From contig CAXXLL010000002.1 in NCBI GenBank assembly GCA_963662545.2, forward strand, positions 2,048,001 to 2,112,000: a DNA stretch of 64,000 nucleotides. Direction: 5' to 3'. Within the stretch, counting starts at the first letter, position 1, and the number at the start of each line of letters is the position of its first letter. The notes under the pieces were generated by a model that worked only from the letters and a program-made list of their open reading frames with translations, was not told the DNA's origin and made no database searches. Both the position numbers and the translations under genes were made by a program. Shown here piece by piece: positions 50,585 through 60,619 of the stretch. This stretch comes from Gammaproteobacteria bacterium (GTDB lineage: Bacteria > Pseudomonadota > Gammaproteobacteria > Ga0077536).

Positions 50585-50953
50585 ATGCATCCGACAAAAC
50601 ATACCCTGCCGATCACCCGGCTTTACACCGGTCGCGACGGTCAGTCCCATTTTGAGGACATCGAGGTCGAGCTCGACGATCACGGCAACATCGGCCAACT
50701 ATCGGCGCCGCGGCCCGCCACCGGCCTCATCTTCCGCCACACCGATGGCGACTACCATTACGACTGGCATAACGCCCCCCAGCGCCAGTACATTGTGATC
50801 CTGGAAGGCGGCCTCGAAATCGAGGTCGGCGATGGCACGCGCAGGGTTTTCACGGCCGGCGACATCGTTCTTGCGGAAGATCTAGAGGGTCAGGGCCACG
50901 TCAGCCGCGCACTCGATGGGAAACCCAGAAAATCGATTTTTATAACGATATAA
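50585..50953 (+). CDS. Cupin-fold protein
   Basis: LYTGRDGQSHF, WHNAPQRQY, AEDLEGQGH. Confidence 0.8.
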   Translation: MHPTKHTLPITRLYTGRDGQSHFEDIEVELDDHGNIGQLSAPRPATGLIFRHTDGDYHYDWHNAPQRQYIVILEGGLEIEVGDGTRRVFTAGDIVLAEDLEGQGHVSRALDGKPRKSIFITI

Positions 50954-50965
50954 ATCAATAAATTA
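50953..50965 (+). promoter_or_regulatory. Possible IHF site upstream of acuI
   Basis: AATCAATAAATTA matches WATCAANNNNTTR exactly, in an AT-rich patch. Confidence 0.35.
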
Positions 50966-50986
50966 TAATATAAATGGAGAATTTAC

Positions 50987-51982
50987 ATGAGTACTAACTT
51001 CAACGCCATTGTGGCCGAGCAAAGCGAAGGCGGCGAGTTTTCCGCAGGATTGAAGACCCTCGAGATCGCCGATCTGCCGAACGAGCCAGTACTCGTCGAT
51101 ATCGATTACTCGACGGTGAATTACAAGGACGGGCTCGCCGTCACCAACACCTTCCCCATCTGCCAGAAATTTCCAATGGTCTGCGGCATCGATCTGGCTG
51201 GCACAGTGGTCGAATCTTCATCTCCGGCCTGGCAACCCGGCGACCGCGTGCTCGCGAACGGCTACGGCCTTTCTGAACGGCATTGGGGCGCTTATGCGCA
51301 GAAGCAGCGCGTGAATCCGGATTTTCTGGTGCGTCTGCCCGACGCTTTTACTTCCGAACAGGCGATGGCGCTGGGCACCGCGGGTTACACAGCGATGCTC
51401 TGTGTGAACGCGATCCGGGACCACGGCACCCAAACCGACGACGGACCGGTGTTGGTAACCGGGAGCGCCGGTGGCGTCGGCTCGGTCGCCATCATGCTCC
51501 TCGCCAAGCTCGGCTACGAAGTCGTTGCCAGTACGGGCCGGCCCGAAACCGCCTCCTATCTCAAGGAGTTAGGGGCGAACGAGATCATCGAGCGCAGCGC
51601 ACTGGCACGAGAATGCAAGCCGCTGGAAAAAGAAACCTGGGCCGCCACGGTTGACAGTGTCGGCTCAACGACCCTGGCTACCGCGCTGGCACAGACCCGC
51701 TACCGTGGGATCGCGGCGGTCTGCGGCCTCGCAGGCGGTATGGACCTGCCGACCGGAGTCATGCCGTTCATCCTGCGCAACGTCACGCTCCAGGGCTGCG
51801 ACTCGGTCATGGCGCCGATGGCCGTACGCGAGCGCGCCTGGAACGACTTAGCAGACCTCATTGATCCCGCGCGCTTAGAGGGCGTCTATGCAGTCGAACC
51901 TCTAGCCCGGGTGCCGGATCTCGCGGCGGCGATCCTGCGCGGTGAGATCAAGGGCCGCGTGGTCATCGACGTCAATGCTTGA
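50987..51982 (+). CDS. acuI: Acryloyl-CoA reductase (YhdH/AcuI family)
   Basis: YSTVNYKDGLA, GIDLAG, GTAGYTAML, VTGSAGGVGS, PFILRNV. Confidence 0.85.
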   Translation: MSTNFNAIVAEQSEGGEFSAGLKTLEIADLPNEPVLVDIDYSTVNYKDGLAVTNTFPICQKFPMVCGIDLAGTVVESSSPAWQPGDRVLANGYGLSERHWGAYAQKQRVNPDFLVRLPDAFTSEQAMALGTAGYTAMLCVNAIRDHGTQTDDGPVLVTGSAGGVGSVAIMLLAKLGYEVVASTGRPETASYLKELGANEIIERSALARECKPLEKETWAATVDSVGSTTLATALAQTRYRGIAAVCGLAGGMDLPTGVMPFILRNVTLQGCDSVMAPMAVRERAWNDLADLIDPARLEGVYAVEPLARVPDLAAAILRGEIKGRVVIDVNA

Positions 51983-52369
51983 CGCAGTGCGTCATGGCCT
52001 GAATTCAAGCTACCGCTAGGTAGTCAGTGGCACGACATAGGGTGTCGCATTTCTTATATTTTAATTTAAATATATTTCATAACTATATGTAATTATTTAA
52101 CATAAAAATGCGAAACTGCGATGAATTCAGAAATTCCTAAGGGCCGGTCGTAGAGAAGGGGATCAACGTCGCAGTCGGTCTCCGCGATCCGGGCTGGCCG
52201 TGTCGACAGGCCTTGGCGATAACGGCGACGAGCCGGCGAGCCCCCTTTGAAAGCGCACTTATCGGCTATAATCCGCCGCCTGTTTGCACCGGGATCCGCG
52301 TAATTTCGCGAGCGGCTGCTACCCGTCCAGGCACCAGCCTACAAAAACCAAAATGAAAGGAAAAAACCC

Positions 52370-54475
52370 ATGGGAGACGTAGTCAGCTACCGTCGCGAAG
52401 ACGATATCGCCACTATCACCATCAACAATCCACCCGTCAACGCGCTGTCGCTGCCCGTCCGCAAGGGGATCCAGGATGCGGTCCGACAGTTTTCCACCGA
52501 CGTCGAAGCCCGTGCGGCCATTCTGATCTGCGACGGGCGTACGTTCATCGCCGGCGCCGACATTACCGAATTCGACAAACCCCGTCAGGACCCCTGGCTG
52601 CCGGAGCTCATCCAGGAGATGGAAGCCTGCGAGAAGATCATCGTCGCCGCGATCCACGGTACGGCGCTCGGCGGCGGCCTCGAAACCGCCATGGCCTGCC
52701 ATTACCGCTGCGCCGTCGCGTCGGCCAGGGTCGGCCTGCCCGAGGTGACTCTGGGCCTCCTGCCGGGCGCCTCCGGCACGCAGCGCCTGCCGCGCCTGAT
52801 CGGATTGAAAGACGCACTGGATGCGATGGTGACCGGCAAGCCGATGTCCGCCAAGACCGCCTGCGAACGCGGCGCCATCGATCACCTGGTGGACGGCGAT
52901 GACCTCCTGGCGGGCGCGAGGGCCTACACGGAGGCGATGCTGGCAGAGGGTGCGAAACCGCGCCACGTGAGCGAAATGGCTATTGATTCGAGCGCGATTG
53001 AACCCGGTTTCTTCGACGACTACCGGAAATCGATCGCCCGGCAGACCCGTGGCTTCTTCGCGCCCGAGCAAATCATCAAATGCGTCGAGGCGGCAGTTTC
53101 CATGCCCTATAACGATGCGGTGAAGCGCGAGGGCGAACTCTTCATGGAATGCATGGCGTCCAGTCACTCGGCCGCGCAACGCCATCTGTTCTTCGCGGAG
53201 CGCACCGCGAACAAGGTCCCGGACGTACCCAAGGACACGCCTTTACGTGAGATCAAAAAAGTTGCGGTCCTCGGCGGCGGCACCATGGGCGGCGGCATCG
53301 CGATGAATTTTGCCAACGTCGGCATTCAGGTGGTGATGAAGGAGATCAATTCCGAAGCACTCGACCGCGGCCTCGAGATCATCCGCGGTAATTACGAGAA
53401 CACCGTTAAGAAGGGCCGCATGAGCGAAGCCCAGCGCGACGCGTGTATGGGGCTCATCTCGGGCGTGGTGGAATACGACGACATCGCCGACGCCGATCTC
53501 ATCGTCGAGGCCGTCTTCGAGAACATGGATCTCAAGAAAGAGATCTTCGGCGAGCTCGACAAGGTCGCCAAGCCCGGCGCGATCCTCGCATCCAATACCT
53601 CGACCTTGGACATCGACGAGATTGCGGCGGCCACCGGACGGCCCGAGGACGTCATCGGCTGGCATTTCTTCGCGCCCGCCAATGTCATGACCCTGCTTGA
53701 AATCGTCCGCGGCGCCAAGACCGCCAAGGACGTGATCGCGACCTCGATGGCCATGGCCAAGACCATCCGCAAGACCGCGGTGCTGGTCGGGGTGTGCTTC
53801 GGCTTCGTCGGCAACCGCATGTTCTTTCCCTACATCCGTGAAGCCCAGCGCATGCTGCTCGAGGGCGTACCGGCCGAACGCATCGACCAAGTGGCCTACG
53901 ACTGGGGCATGGCCATGGGACCGAACGCGGTGGCCGATCTCTCCGGCCTCGACGTCATGCAAAAGGTCAAGACGGAGTGGGGCGGCAAACCCGAGGATCC
54001 GTCGTTCTGGGTCATGGTCACGAAGCTCGTCGAGATGGGGCGCATGGGACAAAAAACCGGGGCCGGTATCTACAAGTACGAAGGTCGCAAGGCCGTGCCC
54101 GATCCGGAAGTCGCGGCGCTCGCCAAGGCCGAAGCCGAGGCAGCAGGGGTCCCGCAGATCGACGTGTCGGACGAGGAGATCATCGAGCGTTTGTTGTTCT
54201 CGATGATCAACGAAGGTGCCCTGATCCTCGAGGAAGGCGTCGCCATCCGCCCGAGCGATATCGATGTGGTGTTCGTGCACGGCTACGGCATGCCGCGCTA
54301 CCGCGGTGGCCCAATGCATTACGGCGATGCGGTCGGCTTGGACAAGGTGGTCGCCGCGATGGAGAAGTATCGTGCGCGCTATGGCGATCTATGGTGGACG
54401 CCGGCACCGCTGCTGGCGGAGCTTGCCGGATCGGGGAAATCCTTTGCGGAGTGGGCGGCGGGTCGCGAAGCTTGA
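52370..54475 (+). CDS. Bifunctional enoyl-CoA hydratase/3-hydroxyacyl-CoA dehydrogenase (FadB/PimF-like)
   Basis: NPPVNAL, ALGGGLE, GGGTMGGGIA, ASNTSTL, HFF.PANVM, GFVGNRM. Confidence 0.93.
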   Translation: MGDVVSYRREDDIATITINNPPVNALSLPVRKGIQDAVRQFSTDVEARAAILICDGRTFIAGADITEFDKPRQDPWLPELIQEMEACEKIIVAAIHGTALGGGLETAMACHYRCAVASARVGLPEVTLGLLPGASGTQRLPRLIGLKDALDAMVTGKPMSAKTACERGAIDHLVDGDDLLAGARAYTEAMLAEGAKPRHVSEMAIDSSAIEPGFFDDYRKSIARQTRGFFAPEQIIKCVEAAVSMPYNDAVKREGELFMECMASSHSAAQRHLFFAERTANKVPDVPKDTPLREIKKVAVLGGGTMGGGIAMNFANVGIQVVMKEINSEALDRGLEIIRGNYENTVKKGRMSEAQRDACMGLISGVVEYDDIADADLIVEAVFENMDLKKEIFGELDKVAKPGAILASNTSTLDIDEIAAATGRPEDVIGWHFFAPANVMTLLEIVRGAKTAKDVIATSMAMAKTIRKTAVLVGVCFGFVGNRMFFPYIREAQRMLLEGVPAERIDQVAYDWGMAMGPNAVADLSGLDVMQKVKTEWGGKPEDPSFWVMVTKLVEMGRMGQKTGAGIYKYEGRKAVPDPEVAALAKAEAEAAGVPQIDVSDEEIIERLLFSMINEGALILEEGVAIRPSDIDVVFVHGYGMPRYRGGPMHYGDAVGLDKVVAAMEKYRARYGDLWWTPAPLLAELAGSGKSFAEWAAGREA

Positions 54476-54498
54476 GGTCCGGCCTCTTCGCCGCCAGG

Positions 54499-54531
54499 CT
54501 AAGGAACCTCTGAATTTCAGAGGTTCCCTAA
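54499..54531. mobile_element. Minimal IS5-like palindromic element with 4-bp CTAA target duplication
   Basis: CTAA-GGAACCTCTGAA-T-TTCAGAGGTTCC-CTAA: perfect 12-bp inverted repeats flanked by direct CTAA. Confidence 0.6.
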
Positions 54532-55661
54532 ATCCCGTACACCTTGGCGACACTGTCACCGAGCAGATTATTGCGCGCAATCTTCGACAGCGGGGCGACT
54601 AACTCCTCCAGCTCTTCCATATAATTGCCGGGGTGATCAAAGTGCGGATAGTCAGTCGCCTAGAAGAACCGATCATCGCCGACATAGTCGACAATATGGG
54701 CGAGCGCCCGTTCATCAGGATCGCCTGATATCCAGCATTGACGCTTGAAATAGGTACTGGGTTTTTCTTTTAGCGGAACAGTGTCGCCCAGACTGGTTGC
54801 GTAGGTCGTGTCCATACGGTCCAACGCCGCGCCGATCCAACCGGCGCCGGATTCCAGCACAATTATCTTGATTTGCGGGAAGCGGTCGAAAAGGCCCCAT
54901 TGAAATAGCCCGTAAAAAGCCTGTTGCGGCCCTTGCATCCCCAGTGCATTTTGCATCCAGCGCGCGCCGCGCATGCCGTTAAAGCGCTGGTAGGTGCGGA
55001 TCTTCGGATGTTCAGCCATCGGATGTATCGCCACCGGGACGTCCAGCTCCTGCGCCTTGGCCCAAAAGGCATCGTGATCGCGATGTCCATGAGGGATGCG
55101 CGTCAAGGTATAGGGTGCAAGAAAGGCTCCTTTGGCACCTTCTCGTACGGCGCGTTCAAGTTCAGTCCCGGCTTTGACGGGATCAGCCAGCGAAATATGA
55201 GCGATGGCAATCAAGCGACCATCTGAGTCTGAACAGAAGTCGCAGATCCAGCGGTTATATGCCTGGGCATAAGCGAGATGCAACTCTGCGTCTTCGAGTT
55301 CGCATTCCCAGGTTAATCCGAGGCTTGGATACAGGATGGCTTTGGCGATGCCTTCTCGATCCAGCAGCGCCACGCGTTCCTTAGGGTCCATGGAGCCATA
55401 CGGGGCGTTGCCTGGATAGGGCTGCTCCATCATCCGGGTCATTTCTTCGGTGCCTTTGCCCATCGCACCCAGCGCGGAGAGGACACGGACACTAAAGAAA
55501 CGAGACGGTTTTCCGTCTATTTCCAAAACTTCTTTACCGTCATGTTCACGAATACGTAGTGCACGGTCGCGGAAGGCCGGATCGATGTATCGTTCCCACG
55601 TATCAGCCGGTTCGAGAATGTGCCCGTCTGCGTCAATTATATTGCCGTAGTTCAGTGCCAT
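54528..55661 (-). pseudogene. Amidohydrolase_2 family protein with an internal amber stop
   Basis: IIDADGHILE, IHP, LESGAGW; after TAG (54660-54662) the frame continues ATDYPHFDH...AKVYGI-stop. Confidence 0.8.
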
Positions 55662-55795
55662 AAATTTTGGTCCTTACGTTTATGCTTCACGCTTGGGCTT
55701 ATACCGTTAGAGGAGCGTGCGCGCCGGCCAGGGAACAACTTTATTTCCCATGACAAATAAAGATGCGCCTGATTGATCAAATCTCCCCTTGTCGC

Positions 55796-56179
55796 CTAAA
55801 ACTTCACGCAGCGTCCTTCGAACCCGGCGTATACGCAATCGAAGCCGGCCGGACAATCATGGCTGACCAAACACTTTTCACCGACTTCGCGGCCCGGCAG
55901 GTGCTGCTTGATGAGTTGATCCGGATCACCCATTAACTCAATCATCCTCTCGCGCCGATCATCGGTAGTGTGACCACCGGACGATGGTGCCGGTCTGAAC
56001 TCGGGTTCGGTGGCACCGCGAGTTTCGCCGTAACATACGCCCCGCGCGCGTTTTTCACGCTTGATGCAGGTACCGCCGAGGTCGCAGTCAGCGTCCGTAT
56101 CACAGGCGATTGTCGACGGGGATCCGGCAAGCAGGCTGAAAATCAGCAAAACCAGTGTGAGATTGACAACCCTGCGCAT
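55796..56179 (-). CDS. Secreted protein with two 4-Cys modules
   Basis: Signal peptide; C-x5-C-x5-C-x10-C and C-x5-C-x5-C-x8-C. Confidence 0.7.
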   Translation of the reverse strand: MRRVVNLTLVLLIFSLLAGSPSTIACDTDADCDLGGTCIKREKRARGVCYGETRGATEPEFRPAPSSGGHTTDDRRERMIELMGDPDQLIKQHLPGREVGEKCLVSHDCPAGFDCVYAGFEGRCVKF

Positions 56180-56265
56180 GACGGGATGATCCTATCGCAG
56201 CTCCGCTCGCCCTGTCATCGCCTAGGCCGAAGGAGCGATGTGATTACGCTCGGCTTTCGTACCGA

Positions 56266-57207
56266 TCACCGCGCCTTCATATCGCGCAGCGATGCCGGCC
56301 ACTGTCCGTCCCAGGTCCAGCCATCCTTGAGGATCTTCGAACTGTAATCGAGGCAGAATGGCATCGCGACATCGGGGTAGATCCGGTTCATCTCCGCCAT
56401 CAGCTCCTTGGAGTCACCCGTTTCGCTCATCGTAGCGACGAAGGTCTTGATGTATTGGCGGGTGTAATCGATCGAGGCCGGCGAGAGGTATGCATTCGAC
56501 GGCGCATGTCCCGGCACCACGACCTCCGGCTTGAGCGCCTCGAGCTGGTCGAGCACGTCGAGCCATGCCTGGCGCAATTCGGGCGTCTTGGCGGCGGCCA
56601 GCCAGGCATGGGCGTGGTCGTAGATCGTATCCGAGGCGATCAGAGTTTTGATCGACGGGATCCACACGACACTGGAATTCGCGGCATCGCCCTGGAAGGG
56701 CCCCAAGATCTCGAGACGGCGGCCTTCTAGCAGGATCAAGGGTTCCTTCAGCGTCTCGATGAAAACCTTGGTTTTTGCGCCGTTCGCACCGAGCACGTTG
56801 TTACCCCAGTAATCCAGCTTGAAATCGAAACTCGCGTTCACGTCGTCGGCGCTCGCTTTGAGCGATACGGCCTTCGCTTTCGGGAAGGCCTGGATCAATA
56901 CCGGCAAACCCAAGAAATGATCCGGGTGCTCGTGGGTGATGTAGACGGTGGTCAATTCGCGGCCGGTCTCCAGAATCGCGGCGACCAGGCGGTGTGCATT
57001 GGACAAGGTGAACTGTGCGTCCACGACCACGGCTTCCTTCTCGCCATAGATGATCGCCGAGGCAACGCCGAGACCCATGTGGTCTTCCGAGCTCATGAAG
57101 ACCTCGACCTGCAGCGGTTTCTGAGCTTCTGCCAATACAGCGTCCGGCCATACCAGCACGGTGCAGATGAGGGTGAGTAGAATGCGCGCGGCGTGATCGA
57201 TTTTCAT
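56266..57207 (-). CDS. Exported MBL-fold metallo-hydrolase
   Basis: Signal peptide, VVDAQF, THEHPDH, VVPGH; AGGA RBS. Confidence 0.88.
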   Translation of the reverse strand: MKIDHAARILLTLICTVLVWPDAVLAEAQKPLQVEVFMSSEDHMGLGVASAIIYGEKEAVVVDAQFTLSNAHRLVAAILETGRELTTVYITHEHPDHFLGLPVLIQAFPKAKAVSLKASADDVNASFDFKLDYWGNNVLGANGAKTKVFIETLKEPLILLEGRRLEILGPFQGDAANSSVVWIPSIKTLIASDTIYDHAHAWLAAAKTPELRQAWLDVLDQLEALKPEVVVPGHAPSNAYLSPASIDYTRQYIKTFVATMSETGDSKELMAEMNRIYPDVAMPFCLDYSSKILKDGWTWDGQWPASLRDMKAR

Positions 57208-57337
57208 GCTTTCGTTCCTGTGGCTAAGAACAAGGAGGTTACGTACGAACCTCGCAGAATGTCGATTATATGAAGACTATGGGAAACATGGCTGCTGCCT
57301 TCATGCGCATCGCAGCTTGCTTTCGACCGGTGTGCGT

Positions 57338-57445
57338 TCAAACCATAGTGGGGTAGGCAAGACCGAGCGACAACTCCCTCACTAAATAGGCCCAAACGAC
57401 AACGGTAAGCATGGCAAAGACGATCTCGCTGACGATATTTTGCAT
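57338..57445 (-). CDS. Candidate 35-aa single-pass membrane microprotein
   Basis: AAGGAAAG RBS, then MQNIVSEIVFAMLTVVVWAYLVRELSLGLAYPTMV-TGA; below the ORF-track length cutoff. Confidence 0.4.
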   Translation of the reverse strand: MQNIVSEIVFAMLTVVVWAYLVRELSLGLAYPTMV

Positions 57446-57863
57446 GGTGGCTTTCCTTCGAAGTGAATTGATGGTTTTACGACAGTCCAATCATCCTTCG
57501 AATCCGATAGATGGCGCACTCCGATTCTTGGCTTCAAATTCCACTCGATTTCAACCGTGCCAGGGAAAGCCGACGCACGGAGATGCAGCGCACAGTTCCT
57601 TGTTCCAGGAGGACACCCTGCATCGCGCAATGCGAGCGGTTTAAAAAACGACGTACATGACAAAGTATCCGCCTAAAGCCGACCGCTGAAACCGATTTCC
57701 TTGCGGCGCCGGCGCTGAAGACGGGTATCGCTGTCAGTCGGACCGCAATACGCGGAGGAGGGGCGGAGAAAATATCATTTCCGTGCAGGAAGGGTTCCAA
57801 ACGCGCGCGAATTTATGAGCGTCAAACGTTCTCCACAGGCCTTGCCCGGTGAGCAGACCTCGA

Positions 57864-58979
57864 TTATTCCCCTGCGTGTTTTCGTTCCTGCGAGAGAAGT
57901 TGCCGCTTGCGGTCGATCCCCCAGCGGTAACCGGACAACCCACCGTCGCTACGCACGACGCGATGGCAGGGAATGGCGAGTGCAAGCGCGTTTGAGCGAC
58001 AGGCCTGTGCGACAGCCCGCACCGCCTTAGGCGATCCGATCCGCACGGCAATATCCTTGTAGCTCGCGGTTTTTCCGGCGGGAATTTTCTGCAAAGCTTC
58101 CCACACACGCCGCTGGAAGGCCGTACCGCGAATATCAAGGGGCAGGCCGAGGTTCCCGGTACCCGACGGGTTATCGACGAAAGCAACCACCCGCTCGACT
58201 AAGTCGGTGAAACCGGGTTCCGGCTCACTCAATGTGGCCCTGGGGAATCGCGTCTCGAGCTCCTCGACGAGCGAGTCCACATCGTCGCCGAGCAGGATGG
58301 CGCACACGCCGCTTGGCGTCGCCGCGACCAATACGTATCCCAGCGAGCACGCGCCGACGGCATGCCAGATGACCTCATCGTGCCCACCGTCTAGGTAGGC
58401 GGACGGCTTCATCCCGAGCAGTTCCGCAGAAACGCCGTAGAAGCGACCCGACGAATTAAAGCCGGCGGCATAAAGGCCTTCGGTCACGCCGGAACCGGCG
58501 GTGAGGCTGTCCTGTATTTTCTGCTGACGGTGCGCGTCCGCATAAGCCTTGGGCGTAACACCCGCAATGCGCTTGAAGATCCGGTGGAAGTGGTGTGGGC
58601 TCAGGCCGGCCGACGCGGCCAACGCGGCGAGCCGCGGCGGTTCGTCTGCGGATTCCATCGTACGGCACGCGACGGCGACCAGCGCCGCCTCGCGCTCGGC
58701 CCGCGGCGGCAGATCAGGGCGGCAACGCTTGCACGGCCGAAAGCCGGCACGCTCCGCATCGGCCGCGCTCATATGAAACGCAACGTTCTCCTGAAGCGCC
58801 GGACGCGCCGCACAGGATGGATAACAGAACACCCCCGTGGTCCGGACCGCATAGAGAAAATGCCCGTCGGCCGCGGGATTGCGATTTCTAACCGCTTTCC
58901 AGCGGGCCGCATCGGTGCTAAATCGAGGCATCGCAGTGGCTTGCTCGGTGGCGTGTCGATCGGCGAATACGGTGCTCAT
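57864..58979 (-). CDS. ada: Bifunctional transcriptional activator/O6-methylguanine-DNA methyltransferase
   Basis: VRTTGVFCYPSC and RPCKRC Zn motifs, AraC-type HTH, C-terminal PCHRV active site. Confidence 0.95.
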   Translation of the reverse strand: MSTVFADRHATEQATAMPRFSTDAARWKAVRNRNPAADGHFLYAVRTTGVFCYPSCAARPALQENVAFHMSAADAERAGFRPCKRCRPDLPPRAEREAALVAVACRTMESADEPPRLAALAASAGLSPHHFHRIFKRIAGVTPKAYADAHRQQKIQDSLTAGSGVTEGLYAAGFNSSGRFYGVSAELLGMKPSAYLDGGHDEVIWHAVGACSLGYVLVAATPSGVCAILLGDDVDSLVEELETRFPRATLSEPEPGFTDLVERVVAFVDNPSGTGNLGLPLDIRGTAFQRRVWEALQKIPAGKTASYKDIAVRIGSPKAVRAVAQACRSNALALAIPCHRVVRSDGGLSGYRWGIDRKRQLLSQERKHAGE

Positions 58980-59249
58980 CTTGGCTATCTCCGAGGTTTC
59001 CGGGCCGCATGGGGCCGCCAGTTGCAGCAAAGTATAGTTTCGACATCACCGGCCCGCACTCGGGTTCTTGCTCTCGAATTCGAGATAAAAAGCCACCATA
59101 GTCACAGCACCTTATCAGCTTCCTCGCGTTCCTCCGCGATCACCCGATCCTGCTGTTGTGCACCAGTGCCCGATCTTCGGATCGTGAGCGTGGCAGTTGA
59201 ACGCACCGCATTTTATGAATTGGTCCCCTCGCTCTGTTCGCACGGAGTT

Positions 59250-60122
59250 TCAGCTTAAAGCCGATACACGATCTGCAACCGCAAGAATACGCCGCATTTC
59301 GCGCAACACGGGCTTCTCAATCAGCTTGCCGTCAACAACGACCAGCCCGGTATCGGCCTCTGCGAATGCTTTGAGTATCTTTTTCGCGTGCGCGATTGCA
59401 GCCTCGTCCGGTGTGAACACGCCATTCAAGACCGGGATCTGTTTTGGATGGATCGCGCCCTTCCCGCTGAATCCCAGGTTTAAAGCGAGTTCGGCCTCAC
59501 GCTCCATGCCCGCGAGATCGTCGAGGTCGAGATAGGGGACGTCGATCACGTCGATGCCCGCGCTCGCCGCCGCGTGGACCACGCGCGACCGCGCGTAGAG
59601 CAGGGGCTCCCATTGATTCTTGCACCGCAGCTCGGCCGCCATATCCACACCGCCGAAAAACAATGCCTCGATGCGCGGGCTGCATCCCGCGATCGCGTGG
59701 GCGGCTTCAAGCCCGGCATTGGTTTCAATGATGATGTGAAGGCGGGTGGTATGGCCGCGCTCGCTCAAGAGATCGTCGAGCCACTGGACCTCGTCTGGCG
59801 AGATCACCTTGGGCAACATCAGCGCCGGCGGCGGATTGTCTGCCGCGAGGACCGCCTGCACGTCGGCCACGCCAAAGCCGGTACGCAGACAGTTGATACG
59901 AACGATCCGTTCGACCCCGTCGTCCGCCTGGGGTATTTCGAACAGAGCGAGTCCCTTGGCGCGTGCCTCGTCCTTGTCCTTGGGCGCAATGCCGTCCTCC
60001 AGTTCCACGCAGACGATATCGGCGCCGGATGCCAGCGCCTTCGGGAACATCTTCGGGTTCAGGCCGGGCGTAAAGATGAAACTTCGACGCGGCCGCACGG
60101 CCCGATCTGTCGTTGCGGACAT
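59250..60122 (-). CDS. CitE-like CoA-ester lyase (citramalyl-CoA lyase-like)
   Basis: RRSFIFTPG, ELEDG, IVRIN, IIET, FGGVDM, GKGAIHPKQ. Confidence 0.88.
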   Translation of the reverse strand: MSATTDRAVRPRRSFIFTPGLNPKMFPKALASGADIVCVELEDGIAPKDKDEARAKGLALFEIPQADDGVERIVRINCLRTGFGVADVQAVLAADNPPPALMLPKVISPDEVQWLDDLLSERGHTTRLHIIIETNAGLEAAHAIAGCSPRIEALFFGGVDMAAELRCKNQWEPLLYARSRVVHAAASAGIDVIDVPYLDLDDLAGMEREAELALNLGFSGKGAIHPKQIPVLNGVFTPDEAAIAHAKKILKAFAEADTGLVVVDGKLIEKPVLREMRRILAVADRVSALS

Positions 60123-60191
60123 GAATAGCCTACGTTGAACAGCGGTCAAACCGCATTTGTGAATGTTGCATTTCAACAGTGAATTCAAGCG

Positions 60192-60380
60192 TCATTTTGA
60201 CTCATCTACGCCTAGATCCCGAAATATCTTCCGAGCCAAATGATCGTTGATTTCTCGATGGCGTGGAACCGCGGAACGCCTATTTTGGGAGGGATTGTGC
60301 CACCAGGAATGGCGACCGCCCTCCCGTAGCAATTCGCAACCAGATGATTAGAGGTATCGAATCAGGTCGCGGCGCTTCAT
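60192..60380 (-). pseudogene. hicA: HicA family toxin with an ochre stop at codon 11
   Basis: MKRRDLIRYL*SSGCELLREGGRHSWWHNPSQNRRSAVPRHREINDHLARKIFRDLG; absent from the ORF track. Confidence 0.85.
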
Positions 60381-60607
60381 ACGCCGATTTCAAGTTCCTC
60401 GTAGTTGTCCGCTGCAGCTGTAATCGCATCCGAGCGATTAAATTCCAATGCTTCGCGCAGAGTTACCTTCAACGACTTCACCAATTCCTCTCGCGTCGTT
60501 TCTTGGTAATTGACTCCGGGTACTTCCTCAACCCAGCCGATCCACCATCCGGCATCTTCTTTAATGACTGCTGTGTAGCTCGTATTAATTTCAATAGTCT
60601 AGCTCAC
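60377..60607 (-). pseudogene. hicB: HicB family antitoxin with a damaged 5' end
   Basis: YTAVIKEDAGWWIGWVEEVPGVNYQETTREEL...LREALE; ATGA overlap with hicA; GTG(60607) is followed by TAG at codon 3 and only ATT codons remain near the expected start. Confidence 0.8.
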
Positions 60608-60619
60608 GATTCTTCTGAA

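Noticed and set aside
52040-52120. Very AT-rich patch with CGCATTT...AAATGCG ends as a possible origin or MITE
   Set aside because: No DnaA boxes, iterons or target duplication seen; most simply promoter-upstream DNA
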